From Patescibacteria group bacterium (GTDB lineage: Bacteria; Patescibacteriota; JAQUNI01), in assembly GCA_028717685.1 (NCBI GenBank), contig JAQUNI010000003.1:311-64310 (forward strand): a stretch of DNA of 64,000 nucleotides. The letters run 5' to 3'. The position numbers and the translations under genes were made by a program. Shown here piece after piece: positions 15,982-25,495 of this stretch. Below the pieces are notes generated by a model. That model ran no database searches, was not told the DNA's origin, and worked only from the letters and a program-made list of their open reading frames with translations. The first letter of the stretch is position 1; every line of letters begins with the position of its first letter.

Positions 15982-17973
15982 ATGAAATATGTTCAAGTAG
16001 TCCCAGTGTCTAATATTCCATTTGGTAAAAATCAATTTTTTACTTATCAAACTTCGGAGGAGAAGATTAAAATTGGTCAAGAAGTAATCGTCCCCTTTCG
16101 CTCGCTCGCTCTCCGGGGAGTAGTTTGGGGATTTACGGAGAAACCTCGATTTAAAACCAAAGAGATAGGCAAAATTGTCAGGTCGGAGATGCTGGAAGTA
16201 TCGGAGATGCTGGAAGCAGAGGAAATTGTTTTAGACAAAAACGCGCGTAAACTTGCCCTTTGGATATCGCAATATTATTACTGTTCTTTAGGTCTTGTAA
16301 TTAAATTAATGCTTCCGCCGCAGGTGAAGAAAGGTAAAGATATTATATTTTCTCGGAAGATTCGGGATGTGAAAGTGAAACTCACAGCGAGCCAAAGTAA
16401 AGTTTTAAAAACAATTTTAAATTCTCGCAAGTCGGTATTTTTACTTCACGGCGTTACTGGGTCAGGCAAGACTGAAATTTATCTGCGACTTTGCAATTAT
16501 ATACTTAATCAAGGAAAACAAGTCATTATTCTCGTTCCGGAAATTTCCTTGACACAGCAAGCCATTGACCGTTTTAGCGCGCGTTTTCCGGGGAAAATTG
16601 CCGTGGTTCACAGCCGTTTAACCAAAGGCGAAAGACTGGGAGCTCGGGAGAGAATTAGAAGCGGGAAAGCGCAGATTATTATTGGACCGCGTTCCGCTGT
16701 TTTCGCGCCAGCGCGGAATTTAGGTTTAATCGTTTTAGACGAAGAGCATGACCCTTCTTTTAAACAGTATGACCAGAATCCCCGCTATCACGCTCGCGCG
16801 GTAGCTTTGGAGTTAGGAAGGCTCACCCATTCTAAAGTGATTTTAGGCAGCGCCACTCCCCTTGTGGAAAGTTATTATGAGGCTATAAAAGGCACCTTTC
16901 AATTATTGGAGTTGCCGCAAAGAATTAACAAAGAAAAGATGCCGGAAGTGGAAATTGTTGATATGAGAGGTGATTTTCAGAAAGGCAACCGCTCTATTTT
17001 GAGTCAAAAAATGAAGGAAGAGTTGAACAGGGTTCTTGTTCAAAAAAAACAAGCCATTCTGTTCGTTAATCGTCGGGGCGCGGCGAGTTTTGTTTTCTGC
17101 CGCGATTGTGGTTTTACTTTAAAATGTCCGCATTGCGATGTTTCTTTAACTTACCATATGAGCGGTTCTTCCCGTCTCCTTTGCCATTATTGCGGTTATA
17201 ATATTTCCCCGCCCGCCTTCTGCCCCAATTGCAAAAGCCCTTATGTGCGATACGGGGGGCTTGGGACAGAAAGAATAGAAGACGAAATTAGGGCTTTTTT
17301 TCCAAAAGCGCGGACCGCGCGTTTTGACCGTGACGCTACCGCGCGCAAAGACGCCCATCAAAACCTTTATTATGATTTTTCAAACCATAAAATCGATATT
17401 TTAATTGGCACCCAAATGCTTGCTCAAGGCTGGGATTTGCCAAAGGTAGCTTTAATTGGTATAATCGCGGCGGATGCAGATCTTAATTTGCCAGACTTTC
17501 GCTCCAGCGAACGCACCTTTCAGCTTTTAACGCAGGTTGCGGGACGCACTGGTCGCGGCAAAGAGCGAGGCAAGGTTATTCTCCAGACCTATAATCCTGA
17601 TATTTTTGTGATTCAAGCATCGGCGCAGCACGATTATAAGCTGTTTTTCAAACAAGAGTTGAAGATGCGCGAGGAGCTTGCCTTTCCGCCTTTTTCTAAA
17701 ATTGTCAAGCTCATTTATCAAAATTACAAAAAGGACAAAGCAGAGAAAGAGAGTTTGCGCTTGGCTAGAATTTTCAGAAATTATATAAAAAGGAACAAGC
17801 TAGCGCTGACTATTTTAGGTCCAGCTCCCACCTTTATTCCCCGCATTCGCAGACGCTACCGTTATCATTTAATTTTAATGTTTCCGCCAGAAGAATGGGC
17901 AAAAAAGTCACAGGTTTTGAGATTAGCGCCCGTGGATTGGATTATTGATGTGGAGCCGGAAAGTTTATTATAA
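15982..17973 (+). CDS. priA: Primosomal protein N' (replication restart helicase PriA).
   Basis: Walker A (GVTGSGKTE), DEEH box, and a Cys4-Cys4 zinc-binding insert (CRDCG...CPHCD...CHYCG...CPNC). Confidence 0.9.
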   Translation: MKYVQVVPVSNIPFGKNQFFTYQTSEEKIKIGQEVIVPFRSLALRGVVWGFTEKPRFKTKEIGKIVRSEMLEVSEMLEAEEIVLDKNARKLALWISQYYYCSLGLVIKLMLPPQVKKGKDIIFSRKIRDVKVKLTASQSKVLKTILNSRKSVFLLHGVTGSGKTEIYLRLCNYILNQGKQVIILVPEISLTQQAIDRFSARFPGKIAVVHSRLTKGERLGARERIRSGKAQIIIGPRSAVFAPARNLGLIVLDEEHDPSFKQYDQNPRYHARAVALELGRLTHSKVILGSATPLVESYYEAIKGTFQLLELPQRINKEKMPEVEIVDMRGDFQKGNRSILSQKMKEELNRVLVQKKQAILFVNRRGAASFVFCRDCGFTLKCPHCDVSLTYHMSGSSRLLCHYCGYNISPPAFCPNCKSPYVRYGGLGTERIEDEIRAFFPKARTARFDRDATARKDAHQNLYYDFSNHKIDILIGTQMLAQGWDLPKVALIGIIAADADLNLPDFRSSERTFQLLTQVAGRTGRGKERGKVILQTYNPDIFVIQASAQHDYKLFFKQELKMREELAFPPFSKIVKLIYQNYKKDKAEKESLRLARIFRNYIKRNKLALTILGPAPTFIPRIRRRYRYHLILMFPPEEWAKKSQVLRLAPVDWIIDVEPESLL

Positions 17974-17975
17974 TT

Positions 17976-18050
17976 CTATTGTTTCATTGTTCTATTGTTC
18001 CATTGTTGAAAAATAAAAATTGGTCAAAGATAATAATTGAACAATAGGAC
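17976..18050. repeat. Period-8 tandem array of YYATTGTT words (ctattgtt tcattgtt ctattgtt ccattgtt) with an inverted partner (ttgaacaatagg), upstream of def.
   Basis: Direct reading. The same word family occurs at 23483-23532, 30672-30762 and 62641-62690. Confidence 0.7.
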
Positions 18051-18055
18051 TAAAT

Positions 18056-18502
18056 ATGTCGATTTTACGTATTTTAACCGATCGCGATCCGATTTTACGC
18101 AAAAAGTGTGCTGAAGTGGATGACGTTTCCGATCCCTTTATTCGAGGGCTGGTTTTGAATATGCGGGATACCTTAGAGAAGCATAAAGGGATTGGTTTAG
18201 CCGCTCCCCAGGTGGGAGTGAACAAAAGGGTAATTTTAGTGAAACTTTGGCGGGAGGAATATGTTTTAATCAACCCGCGTTTAACCTCTGCCTCGCGGGA
18301 GAAAGAAATGGGCGAGGAAGGTTGTCTTTCTTTGCCGGGCGTGTTTTTAAATCTGGAGAGGTCAAAGAAGGTGCGGGTGAAAGCCTTAGATCAAAATGGT
18401 AAGAAGATAAAAATGAAAGCTAAGGGCTTACTTGCCCGCGTTTTACAGCATGAGATTGACCATTTGGAGGGGATATTAATTAACGATAGAGTAAAGGATT
18501 AA
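18056..18502 (+). CDS. def: Peptide deformylase.
   Basis: GIGLAAPQVG, EGCLSLPG and QHEIDHLEG motifs. Confidence 0.9.
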   Translation: MSILRILTDRDPILRKKCAEVDDVSDPFIRGLVLNMRDTLEKHKGIGLAAPQVGVNKRVILVKLWREEYVLINPRLTSASREKEMGEEGCLSLPGVFLNLERSKKVRVKALDQNGKKIKMKAKGLLARVLQHEIDHLEGILINDRVKD

Positions 18503-18684
18503 ATAGTGAGGATGACTTCTCCCCTGATAGGGGGAGAGTAAGAGGGGTTGAAAAAATTAAAATGTAAAAATCAAAATGCAAAATGAAAGTTTAAAATGCA
18601 AAAATAATCTATTTAAGAATTTTGAATTTTTAATTATATTTTTGAGTTTTGATTTGAAGCGATTTTCGAATTTAATTATTTTAA

Positions 18685-19644
18685 GTGATATTTTTGAATA
18701 AAGTTATGCAAAGATACAGAGTTATTTTTATGGGCACTTCGGAATTTGCTGTGCCAATTTTGGAGAGACTCGCGTCTTCTAGTTTTAATATTGTCGGTGT
18801 TTTTTGCCAGCCGGATCGTCCGAAAGGAAGAGGATTAAAATATCAACATTGCGCGATGAAAAACATAGCCTCTCAATACAATTTTCCCCTATTCCAGCCC
18901 GAGAACCTGAAAAATAAGGTAATAGTGGGTAAAATTCAGGATTTAAAACCAGAGTTAATTATTGTCGCCGCCTATGGTTTAATTATACCCCAAATAATTT
19001 TGGAGATTCCGCAATTTGGCTGTCTTAATGTTCATCCTTCCTTACTCCCCCGCTATCGCGGTTCCTCGCCTATTCAGAGTGCGATTATTGAAGGGGAAAA
19101 AGAAACGGGGGTTACAATTATGCTTTTGGATGAAAAAGTGGATCACGGGCCAATTTTGGCGCAAAAAAAGATAAAAATAGAGAAAGATGATGATATTTTT
19201 TCTTTGAGCGAGAGATTAGCGAAATATGGAGCAGATTTGTTGCTTAAAATTTTACCATCATATTTTAGAGGAGAGATTAAACCTGTGCCCCAGGATCACA
19301 CTCAAGCTACTTTGACGAAAATGATTAAAAAAGAAGATGGTCAGATTGATTGGAGCGAAGATGCCGCGAAAATCGCGCGCAAAATCCGCGCTTGTCTTGG
19401 CTGGCCGGGGAGCTTCACTTTTTGGGGAGAAAAAAGAATTATTATTTTAGAGGCTGAAGCCAAAAATGCAGACCGTTACCGTGAGAAAAACGGCGAGGTC
19501 TTTGAAATTGACGCTGAATTATGTATTCAATGCGGGGAAGGGATCTTAAAAATAAAAAAACTCCGCTTGGAGGGAAAAAAACAAGTCACGGGAGTAGAAT
19601 TTTTAAGGGGTTACTCCGCAATTATTGGGGCGGTTTTACATTAA
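18685..19644 (+). CDS. fmt: Methionyl-tRNA formyltransferase.
   Basis: Formyl-transferase N-domain (HPSLLPRYRGSSPIQ) and C-terminal domain. The start may be ATG at 18706 (MQRYRVIFMGT). Confidence 0.85.
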   Translation: MIFLNKVMQRYRVIFMGTSEFAVPILERLASSSFNIVGVFCQPDRPKGRGLKYQHCAMKNIASQYNFPLFQPENLKNKVIVGKIQDLKPELIIVAAYGLIIPQIILEIPQFGCLNVHPSLLPRYRGSSPIQSAIIEGEKETGVTIMLLDEKVDHGPILAQKKIKIEKDDDIFSLSERLAKYGADLLLKILPSYFRGEIKPVPQDHTQATLTKMIKKEDGQIDWSEDAAKIARKIRACLGWPGSFTFWGEKRIIILEAEAKNADRYREKNGEVFEIDAELCIQCGEGILKIKKLRLEGKKQVTGVEFLRGYSAIIGAVLH

Positions 19645-19672
19645 AAAAACAGGCATTTGATCGGTGCCTGTT
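19643..19672 (-). terminator. Rho-independent terminator for the minus-strand rnhA/small-protein transcript (stem aacaggca/tgcctgtt, with a T-run on the minus strand).
   Basis: 8-bp stem with a 9-nt loop, followed on the minus strand by seven T. Confidence 0.55.
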
Positions 19673-19678
19673 GAGGTG

Positions 19679-19777
19679 TCAATCGCGTTTTCCTTGCCGG
19701 GAGATCCAGACAAGGGCAGGAAAGAACCAAGCAGCTAAGAGACTATAAATCATCAAGATATATTCCCATTTTGTCAT
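19679..19777 (-). CDS. Small single-TM membrane protein (32 aa).
   Basis: AGGAGAAAAAA-ATG RBS. Hydrophobic (MTKWEYILMIYSLLAAWFFPALVWI). A terminator follows. Confidence 0.4.
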   Translation of the reverse strand: MTKWEYILMIYSLLAAWFFPALVWISRQGKRD

Positions 19778-19799
19778 TTTTTTCTCCTGACTCTTGTTT

Positions 19800-20060
19800 T
19801 CAATTATCTTCCTCATCAGAGTTGCCGCCCAATAGAATTTGCAGATGAGAAAACATACCGCATCCTGTAAGATCAATATTGTCATCCTGTTCTTTGGGAT
19901 TGCTGTAAGCGATGGCAAGTTTAGCGCGCAGGACAAGGTTTTCTTTTTGTATCCTCATTTTAGTTTCGCGAAAACTTTTTAAGCATACAATAACTGTGGG
20001 GAACGTGATGACTGCTACTGTTAGAACAGCTAAGATAGCAGGAATAATCAAGGTATACAT
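19800..20060 (-). CDS. Small bitopic membrane protein, possibly a FtsB/DivIC-like septation factor.
   Basis: Strong AGGAGG RBS and an N-terminal TM helix, followed by ENLVLRAKLAIAYSNPKEQ, reminiscent of the FtsB ENxxLxAEIxxLkxxPExIE segment. Weak. Confidence 0.35.
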   Translation of the reverse strand: MYTLIIPAILAVLTVAVITFPTVIVCLKSFRETKMRIQKENLVLRAKLAIAYSNPKEQDDNIDLTGCGMFSHLQILLGGNSDEEDN

Positions 20061-20102
20061 CTTATATCCCTCCTTTTCAGCTTTGGGCTGATGTTCTAAA
20101 AA

Positions 20103-20534
20103 TTAGGTGTGAGCGTCAATAACTTGATTAACAAGCTTGTCCGCCTTTTTGTTTTTTTCGCGCGGGATGTGGCGGAAGGAGACGCTATTAAAGAAGATGG
20201 AAAGAGCGATTACTTTTTCAAAAAGGGGTTTTAAAGCCTTATTTTTTATTTTATAGACACCGTTTAGCTGGTTTGTAATGAGTTCTGAATCCAAAAAGCA
20301 CTCTATTTCTTGGGTTTGCATTTCCCGCCCTTTTTCTAAAGCAAAAATCAAGGCTTGATATTCCGCTTGATTATTGGTTGCTCTGCCGATAAAGCGCGAG
20401 AATTTTTTGCATCTTCCATCTTTGTCGCAAATTACCACTCCGATTCCAGCAGGACCAGGATTGCCGCGCGCTCCTCCATCGCTATAAATTTTGACTGCCG
20501 TCAGGCGGGTCGTGTGCCTGCGTTTTGTTGCCAT
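20103..20534 (-). CDS. rnhA: Ribonuclease HI.
   Basis: YSDGGARGNPGPAGIGVVI ... NNQAEYQALIFALE ... D/H C-terminal residues of the RNase H fold. Confidence 0.85.
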   Translation of the reverse strand: MATKRRHTTRLTAVKIYSDGGARGNPGPAGIGVVICDKDGRCKKFSRFIGRATNNQAEYQALIFALEKGREMQTQEIECFLDSELITNQLNGVYKIKNKALKPLFEKVIALSIFFNSVSFRHIPREKNKKADKLVNQVIDAHT

Positions 20535-20545
20535 ATTTGATTTTT

Positions 20546-22273
20546 TTAATTTTCCGAAATTTTTAAATCAACGATTTTGAGTTCTAATTTCCTTCGGCCA
20601 TTCCATTCATTGACGAGGATTTCATAGGCTAAGTCTATAGTGTCGCCAGGAAGGAGTTTCTTGACCCATTCCCCTAAACCAAAACCAATCGCTTCAAAGT
20701 AGCGGTTATTTTTATCCTTTAATTTTAGTTTTAAGTGTTTTTGTTGCGCACCCACGCTGCGGATTTCCATTACCGATATCTTTTGAGCTAAAAACCGCGG
20801 TACGGGATTAGCTTCACCGAAGGGTTGAAATTTTTCAATCTGTTCAAAGGTTTTTTCATTAATCTCGGAGAGATCGAGCTTTGCTTCAATAAGAAGCGTG
20901 GGCTTGAGTTCTTCCAAACCTATTTCTTGGCGCGCTATTTTTTCTAATTTTTGATAGAAAAGAGATATTTTGGCGGTTTCCAAAGTAAAACCGGCTGCGG
21001 TCTTGTGCCCGCCGTAGCGAATTAAAAACTCCTCGCATTCAGCTAAAGCTTTGGCAATGTTGAAACTCTCAATACTGCGCGCGGAGCCGGTGGATTCTCT
21101 CTCCCCTCTTTCAATGATTAAAGTGGGTTTAAAGTATTCATCGCAGATTTTCCCCGCCACGAGTCCAGCGATGCCGGATGACCAGGCGGGGTGACTGGCT
21201 AGAAGAATCATTTTTTCTTCCATATCGCCAATTTGTTCTTTGGCTTGTTCCAAAATTTCGGCAGTAAGTTTCTGGCGGCTGCGATTGGTAGTTTCTAATT
21301 CGGAGGCTAGTTTTTCTGCTTCTAATTCCGATTCCGTAAGGAGGAGGTTATAAGCGGCGTTAGCGTGCTTCATTCTCCCTGCGGCATTTAAGCGCGGAGC
21401 AATTTGATAACCAATATTATAAGTATTTAAAGGAGTTAGCTTTGGCCTTAAGCCAGCCTGCTCATATAGTTTTTTTAAACCCCATCTTTTGCTTTGGTTC
21501 AGAATAATTAAACCATATTTGACTAGGGTGCGATTTTCGTCAAGCAGAGGCGCCAGGTCCGCAATAGTGCCGATAGCCACTAGATCTAAAAGCCATTTTT
21601 CAAAAGCTTCTCGTGCAAGAGGTAGCTTGTCCGCTGTTTTGCTTAATAGCGCTTGAGCAAGCTTAAAGGCAATGCCCACTCCAGCTAATCCTTTAAAGGG
21701 GTATTGATCATCTTTTCTTTTTACGTTTAAAATCGCGTAAGCAGAGGGGAGTTTCGGAGGCACTTCGTGATGATCAGTAATAATCAAATTCATATTGAGT
21801 TTTTTCGCTTCCGCCGCTTGCTGCACATTAGTAATTCCACAGTCTACGGTAATAATTAAATGCGTTTTTTGTTTTTTAAACCTTCGCACATTCTTTTTAT
21901 GCAAACCGTAGCCTTCTTTTTGGCGATGAGGAATATATGTTTCCAGATTTTCCGCCCCCAAAAATTTTAAAGTTTTACAAAGAAGGGCTGTGCTCGTGAT
22001 GCCATCCGCGTCGTAATCGCCGTAAATCACAATCTTCTCTTTTTTTTGGATAGCTTTCAAAATGCGGTCGCAAGCTTTTTTCATATCTTGGATCAGGAAG
22101 GGGTCATATAATCCGGTTTTATAATCCGGGTTCAGAAAGTTGACGATCGCATTTTTATCTTTAAGATCACGGTTATAGAGAAGTTGGGCAATGAGCGGGG
22201 TTAAGCCGCTGATATTCTCTCGAAATTCCTGCGGTGCAGGGTGAGCCAGCTCCCAGATTTTTTCAAAAGACAT
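20546..22273 (-). CDS. recJ: Single-stranded-DNA-specific exonuclease RecJ (DHH/DHHA1).
   Basis: DHH motifs (IYGDYDADGITS, ITDHH) and a DHHA1 GGH...GF segment. About 575 aa. Confidence 0.85.
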   Translation of the reverse strand: MSFEKIWELAHPAPQEFRENISGLTPLIAQLLYNRDLKDKNAIVNFLNPDYKTGLYDPFLIQDMKKACDRILKAIQKKEKIVIYGDYDADGITSTALLCKTLKFLGAENLETYIPHRQKEGYGLHKKNVRRFKKQKTHLIITVDCGITNVQQAAEAKKLNMNLIITDHHEVPPKLPSAYAILNVKRKDDQYPFKGLAGVGIAFKLAQALLSKTADKLPLAREAFEKWLLDLVAIGTIADLAPLLDENRTLVKYGLIILNQSKRWGLKKLYEQAGLRPKLTPLNTYNIGYQIAPRLNAAGRMKHANAAYNLLLTESELEAEKLASELETTNRSRQKLTAEILEQAKEQIGDMEEKMILLASHPAWSSGIAGLVAGKICDEYFKPTLIIERGERESTGSARSIESFNIAKALAECEEFLIRYGGHKTAAGFTLETAKISLFYQKLEKIARQEIGLEELKPTLLIEAKLDLSEINEKTFEQIEKFQPFGEANPVPRFLAQKISVMEIRSVGAQQKHLKLKLKDKNNRYFEAIGFGLGEWVKKLLPGDTIDLAYEILVNEWNGRRKLELKIVDLKISEN

Positions 22274-22328
22274 AGAAATATACAGTAAATTTTATCTTGC
22301 AGTGTTATTTCAATATAACAGCTGTTGT

Positions 22329-22808
22329 TTATATGCCTGGGCAAGTCGTATATCCCCCGTTTTGGATTCCATAATTGTTTCCCGTTGTTTCCAAAGTAGT
22401 ATAAAAACAATAATTTGAACAATAACCTCCACTGCAAGTACCGTCGGGATCGAAGTAATAACGGTTAGTGGTGGAGTTTAAGGGATCACAGGAAATCTTA
22501 GGGATGAATCCTTCGGTGACTAGTTTGCCGATATCATTTGTGGTGGTGTTACAAGGACTTTCCCAGCCGTTAAAAGTGTCGTTTGGATAACCATTATATT
22601 TGTCGTAATACATTTCTAGAGCAAGACTTATCTGTTTTAAATCTGATTTTCTTTCCGCATCTCTTGCTTTTTTGCGGGCGCTATTTAAGGAAACCATGAC
22701 AATCGTCGCTAAGAGCCCAATCACGGCGATAACGACTAATAACTCTATTAAGGTAAACCCCGTTAGAAATTTACGGTTTTTAACTTGGCGCATATTTTTG
22801 GCGCGCAT
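22329..22808 (-). CDS. Type IV pilin / pseudopilin with prepilin-type N-terminal cleavage/methylation signal.
   Basis: Basic leader ending in G followed by FTLIELLVVIAVIGLLA. The C-terminal region is Cys-rich. Confidence 0.8.
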   Translation of the reverse strand: MRAKNMRQVKNRKFLTGFTLIELLVVIAVIGLLATIVMVSLNSARKKARDAERKSDLKQISLALEMYYDKYNGYPNDTFNGWESPCNTTTNDIGKLVTEGFIPKISCDPLNSTTNRYYFDPDGTCSGGYCSNYCFYTTLETTGNNYGIQNGGYTTCPGI

Positions 22809-22828
22809 ATTTTTTAATACATTTCATT

Positions 22829-23380
22829 TTATTTGGCTAAATCTATGCCTCTTTCCAATGCTTTATAATTCAATTCTTCCAATTCTGGTTTTTCTTTAAA
22901 TTTGCTGCCCAGTTGCTTCTTAATTGCCTTTTTGACATTGTCTTTTTGCAGTATGGGCACAAAAGGCAGGATAGCCCCGAGAACAATTATGCTTAAAGTT
23001 TGAGGTGTAAATTTTTTATTAGCAATGTTAGTTGCATCTATTTCAATAATAGTGTTTTGAGTGGGGAGAATATTTTTGGGGACGAGGGAGCTGTTAGAGA
23101 TTATTTGAGTTCGCAGGCTGATATAAGTTTCGGAGCGTTTAACTGAACGTTCGCTTAAAAGCACCAGGATATCCGCTTTGTCAAATTTGGGATAAGTGAG
23201 CTCTTGGGGTGCAATCTGCACAAAAGCAACCGAGACACCTCCTCTTTGTTCTACGCCAAAATTAGGGACATACAGCGCTTTTAATCCTTGTTCGAAAGCG
23301 GCTTCCCCTAGAATTTTGCCGACTGTTTGTATCCCTTGCCCGCCTTCGCCGGCGATGAGAATTTTAGTATTGATAGACAT
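22829..23380 (-). CDS. porG: 2-oxoacid (pyruvate):ferredoxin oxidoreductase gamma subunit.
   Basis: N-terminal ILIAGEGGQGIQTVGKILGEAA typical of the gamma subunit. About 180 aa. Confidence 0.8.
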   Translation of the reverse strand: MSINTKILIAGEGGQGIQTVGKILGEAAFEQGLKALYVPNFGVEQRGGVSVAFVQIAPQELTYPKFDKADILVLLSERSVKRSETYISLRTQIISNSSLVPKNILPTQNTIIEIDATNIANKKFTPQTLSIIVLGAILPFVPILQKDNVKKAIKKQLGSKFKEKPELEELNYKALERGIDLAK

Positions 23381-23439
23381 TGATGTTTAGAGGTGTTTTC
23401 GCTTTAGAGATGTTATTAAACTAAACAAAACTCATTGTT

Positions 23440-23500
23440 TTATTGCTTGCCCCGTAGGAGGGTCGCGAAGCGACTCCTTCGGGGTTCGATTGTTTCATTG
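23440..23500. other. GC-rich nested hairpin (ccccgtaggagggtcgcgaagcgactccttcgggg) between porB and porG, embedded in cattgtt word repeats.
   Basis: Perfectly nested inverted repeats. It lies inside an operon and could be an RNA processing or stability element. Confidence 0.5.
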
Positions 23501-23537
23501 TTGGTGGAAATGCATTGAATAACAATGGAGCAATAGA

Positions 23538-24242
23538 TTAAAGCTCTCCTAGTGGGAAATATTGTTGCATTGTTTCTAAAAATTTTCCAATTTCAGTGGG
23601 CGGTAATTTCCAATTCGTGGGACAAGGAGAAAGGATTTCTACAAAACTGAAACCTTTATTTTCCCTTTGATGGAGGAGCGCTTTTTTAATTAAATCCTGG
23701 GTTTCTTTTATTCTTACAGCTGTGCCTCGCGCTACAAAGGTTTTATGGTTAATTACTTTGACCATTTCTGGTCCTTTTAGAGATTGTCCTTTTTTGCCGT
23801 AGGGCGTAGTTTCTGTCACTTGCTTCAGAAGAGTGGTCGGCGCTTGCTGGCCGCCAGTCATCGCGTAATTGGCATTATTAACTAAAATGACGGTAAGGGG
23901 ATCATTGCGCAGAGCACTGTTCACTAAATGTTGGGCGCCGATAGCATAACCCCCGCCGTCGCCAAGATAAGCAATGGCGAGTTTTTGGGGCTTAGCTATT
24001 TTTACTCCTACCATTACAGGAATAGTGCGGCCATGATGGGTTTGAATTGTGTCAATATCAAAGAAATCCCAAGCAAGCAGTGAACAACCGATGTCCACAC
24101 CGAAAATGGTTTGGTTTTGAATTTGGAGCTCGTCAATAGCATTGCCTAAAGCGCGGAGGACCATTAGATGGCCGCAGCCGGGGCAAAATTTGGAAGGTTT
24201 AGTTTCCTTTTTCCAACATTGAGGAAAGGCAGGGGTATTCAT
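23538..24242 (-). CDS. porB: 2-oxoacid:ferredoxin oxidoreductase beta subunit (TPP-binding).
   Basis: CPGCGH... and the TPP motif GDGGGYAIGAQH...NNANYAMTGGQ. Confidence 0.85.
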   Translation of the reverse strand: MNTPAFPQCWKKETKPSKFCPGCGHLMVLRALGNAIDELQIQNQTIFGVDIGCSLLAWDFFDIDTIQTHHGRTIPVMVGVKIAKPQKLAIAYLGDGGGYAIGAQHLVNSALRNDPLTVILVNNANYAMTGGQQAPTTLLKQVTETTPYGKKGQSLKGPEMVKVINHKTFVARGTAVRIKETQDLIKKALLHQRENKGFSFVEILSPCPTNWKLPPTEIGKFLETMQQYFPLGEL

Positions 24243-24288
24243 AATTCTAACTGGTTTAAATAAGTTAGTAAGCTACAAATAAAATTTT

Positions 24289-24358
24289 TGTAACATGTAA
24301 CTTAAAACTTGTAACTCAAGTTTTTTTGTGTTATAAGTTACAGGTTACAAGTTTCAAG
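24289..24358. repeat. Period-7 GTAACWT / ACAAGTT word palindrome between porA and porB.
   Basis: taacatgtaacttaaaacttgtaactcaag ... ttataagttacaggttacaagtttcaag. Related words occur at 15915-15981 and 34068-34097. Confidence 0.7.
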
Positions 24359-24360
24359 AA

Positions 24361-25452
24361 TTAAAGAAGTATTCCCTTTATTTCTTCCGGTGTAAACCCC
24401 ACCCCAGGTTTCCCATGTGCTTCAATAGGTGTAGTTAAGCCATAGAGATTTTCTTTGACCATACTTGCAAATTGTCCTAAAGATGATTCTAATATATAGA
24501 TTTTTTTCGTTTGCTGGGTAATTTCGCGCGCTTCTTCTTTGGGAAAAGGATTTAAAGTAATCGGACGGAAAAGACCAAATTTTTTCTGTTTGGTTTCTTT
24601 TAGAGCTTGTTTTACAGCTGCGGCGACAATACCATAGGCGATAATAATTTTTTCCGCCTTTTCACAATTATATGCTTCACATTCTGATATCTTAGATGTT
24701 ATTTCATCAAAGGCTTTTTTAATGTCCATATTGATTCGCAGTATTTCTTCTTCCAGGTTGAAACAGTTTCTTAAATTTACATAATTATTTTTAACCGCAA
24801 AACTCTTAGTGGGCTGGAATTTTCTGATTAAGGAAGTGTCTTTACCTTCGCCAAGGTAAGGAATTGCCGGAGTTAACTCTATCCTTCTTTCTTCGGGACT
24901 CCAGATTTCTACTTCGCCTTGCATTTTAGCGATATAACCATCCCCTAAAATAAAAGCGGGAAAACGGTATCGCCAGGCAGTATCAAAAGCCTTAATGGAT
25001 AAATCATAAAGCTCCTGCAGGGTGGCAGGCGCATAAACAATCCGCATTCCTTCGCCGTTTCCGCCGTGAGAGGTCAAAATGAGCTCTTGTTGGGAGTAAA
25101 TAACGGTGCCTGTGGATGGACCGCCGCGTTGCATAATAAAAGTGACGGTAGGCAGGCGCATCGCTTCCGCCATAGACATTGGATCTTGCATTAAAACTGT
25201 ACCGGGACCGCTTGTGGCAGTGAAAGCCTTTTTTCCTCCCAAAATAGCGCCGATCATTGCAAAACCAGCCGCCATTTCGTCTTCAGCCTGTAAAAATTTA
25301 ATCTGGTCATTTTCATCCTTTTCAGAAATTTTTGTCCAATAGCTCATTATTTCGGTGGTAGGAGTGATGGGATAGCCAAACATAATCTCGGCGCCGGCGG
25401 CGAGACAAGCCCTAACGATTATTTCATTGCCTATAAGAAATTCTTTGGACAT
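24361..25452 (-). CDS. porA: 2-oxoacid:ferredoxin oxidoreductase alpha subunit.
   Basis: Transketolase-like alpha subunit of the right size. Adjacent to beta and gamma. Confidence 0.8.
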   Translation of the reverse strand: MSKEFLIGNEIIVRACLAAGAEIMFGYPITPTTEIMSYWTKISEKDENDQIKFLQAEDEMAAGFAMIGAILGGKKAFTATSGPGTVLMQDPMSMAEAMRLPTVTFIMQRGGPSTGTVIYSQQELILTSHGGNGEGMRIVYAPATLQELYDLSIKAFDTAWRYRFPAFILGDGYIAKMQGEVEIWSPEERRIELTPAIPYLGEGKDTSLIRKFQPTKSFAVKNNYVNLRNCFNLEEEILRINMDIKKAFDEITSKISECEAYNCEKAEKIIIAYGIVAAAVKQALKETKQKKFGLFRPITLNPFPKEEAREITQQTKKIYILESSLGQFASMVKENLYGLTTPIEAHGKPGVGFTPEEIKGILL

Positions 25453-25495
25453 TGTGATTACTTTTTTTATTTCATTTTTATTAGTGGATATATTT

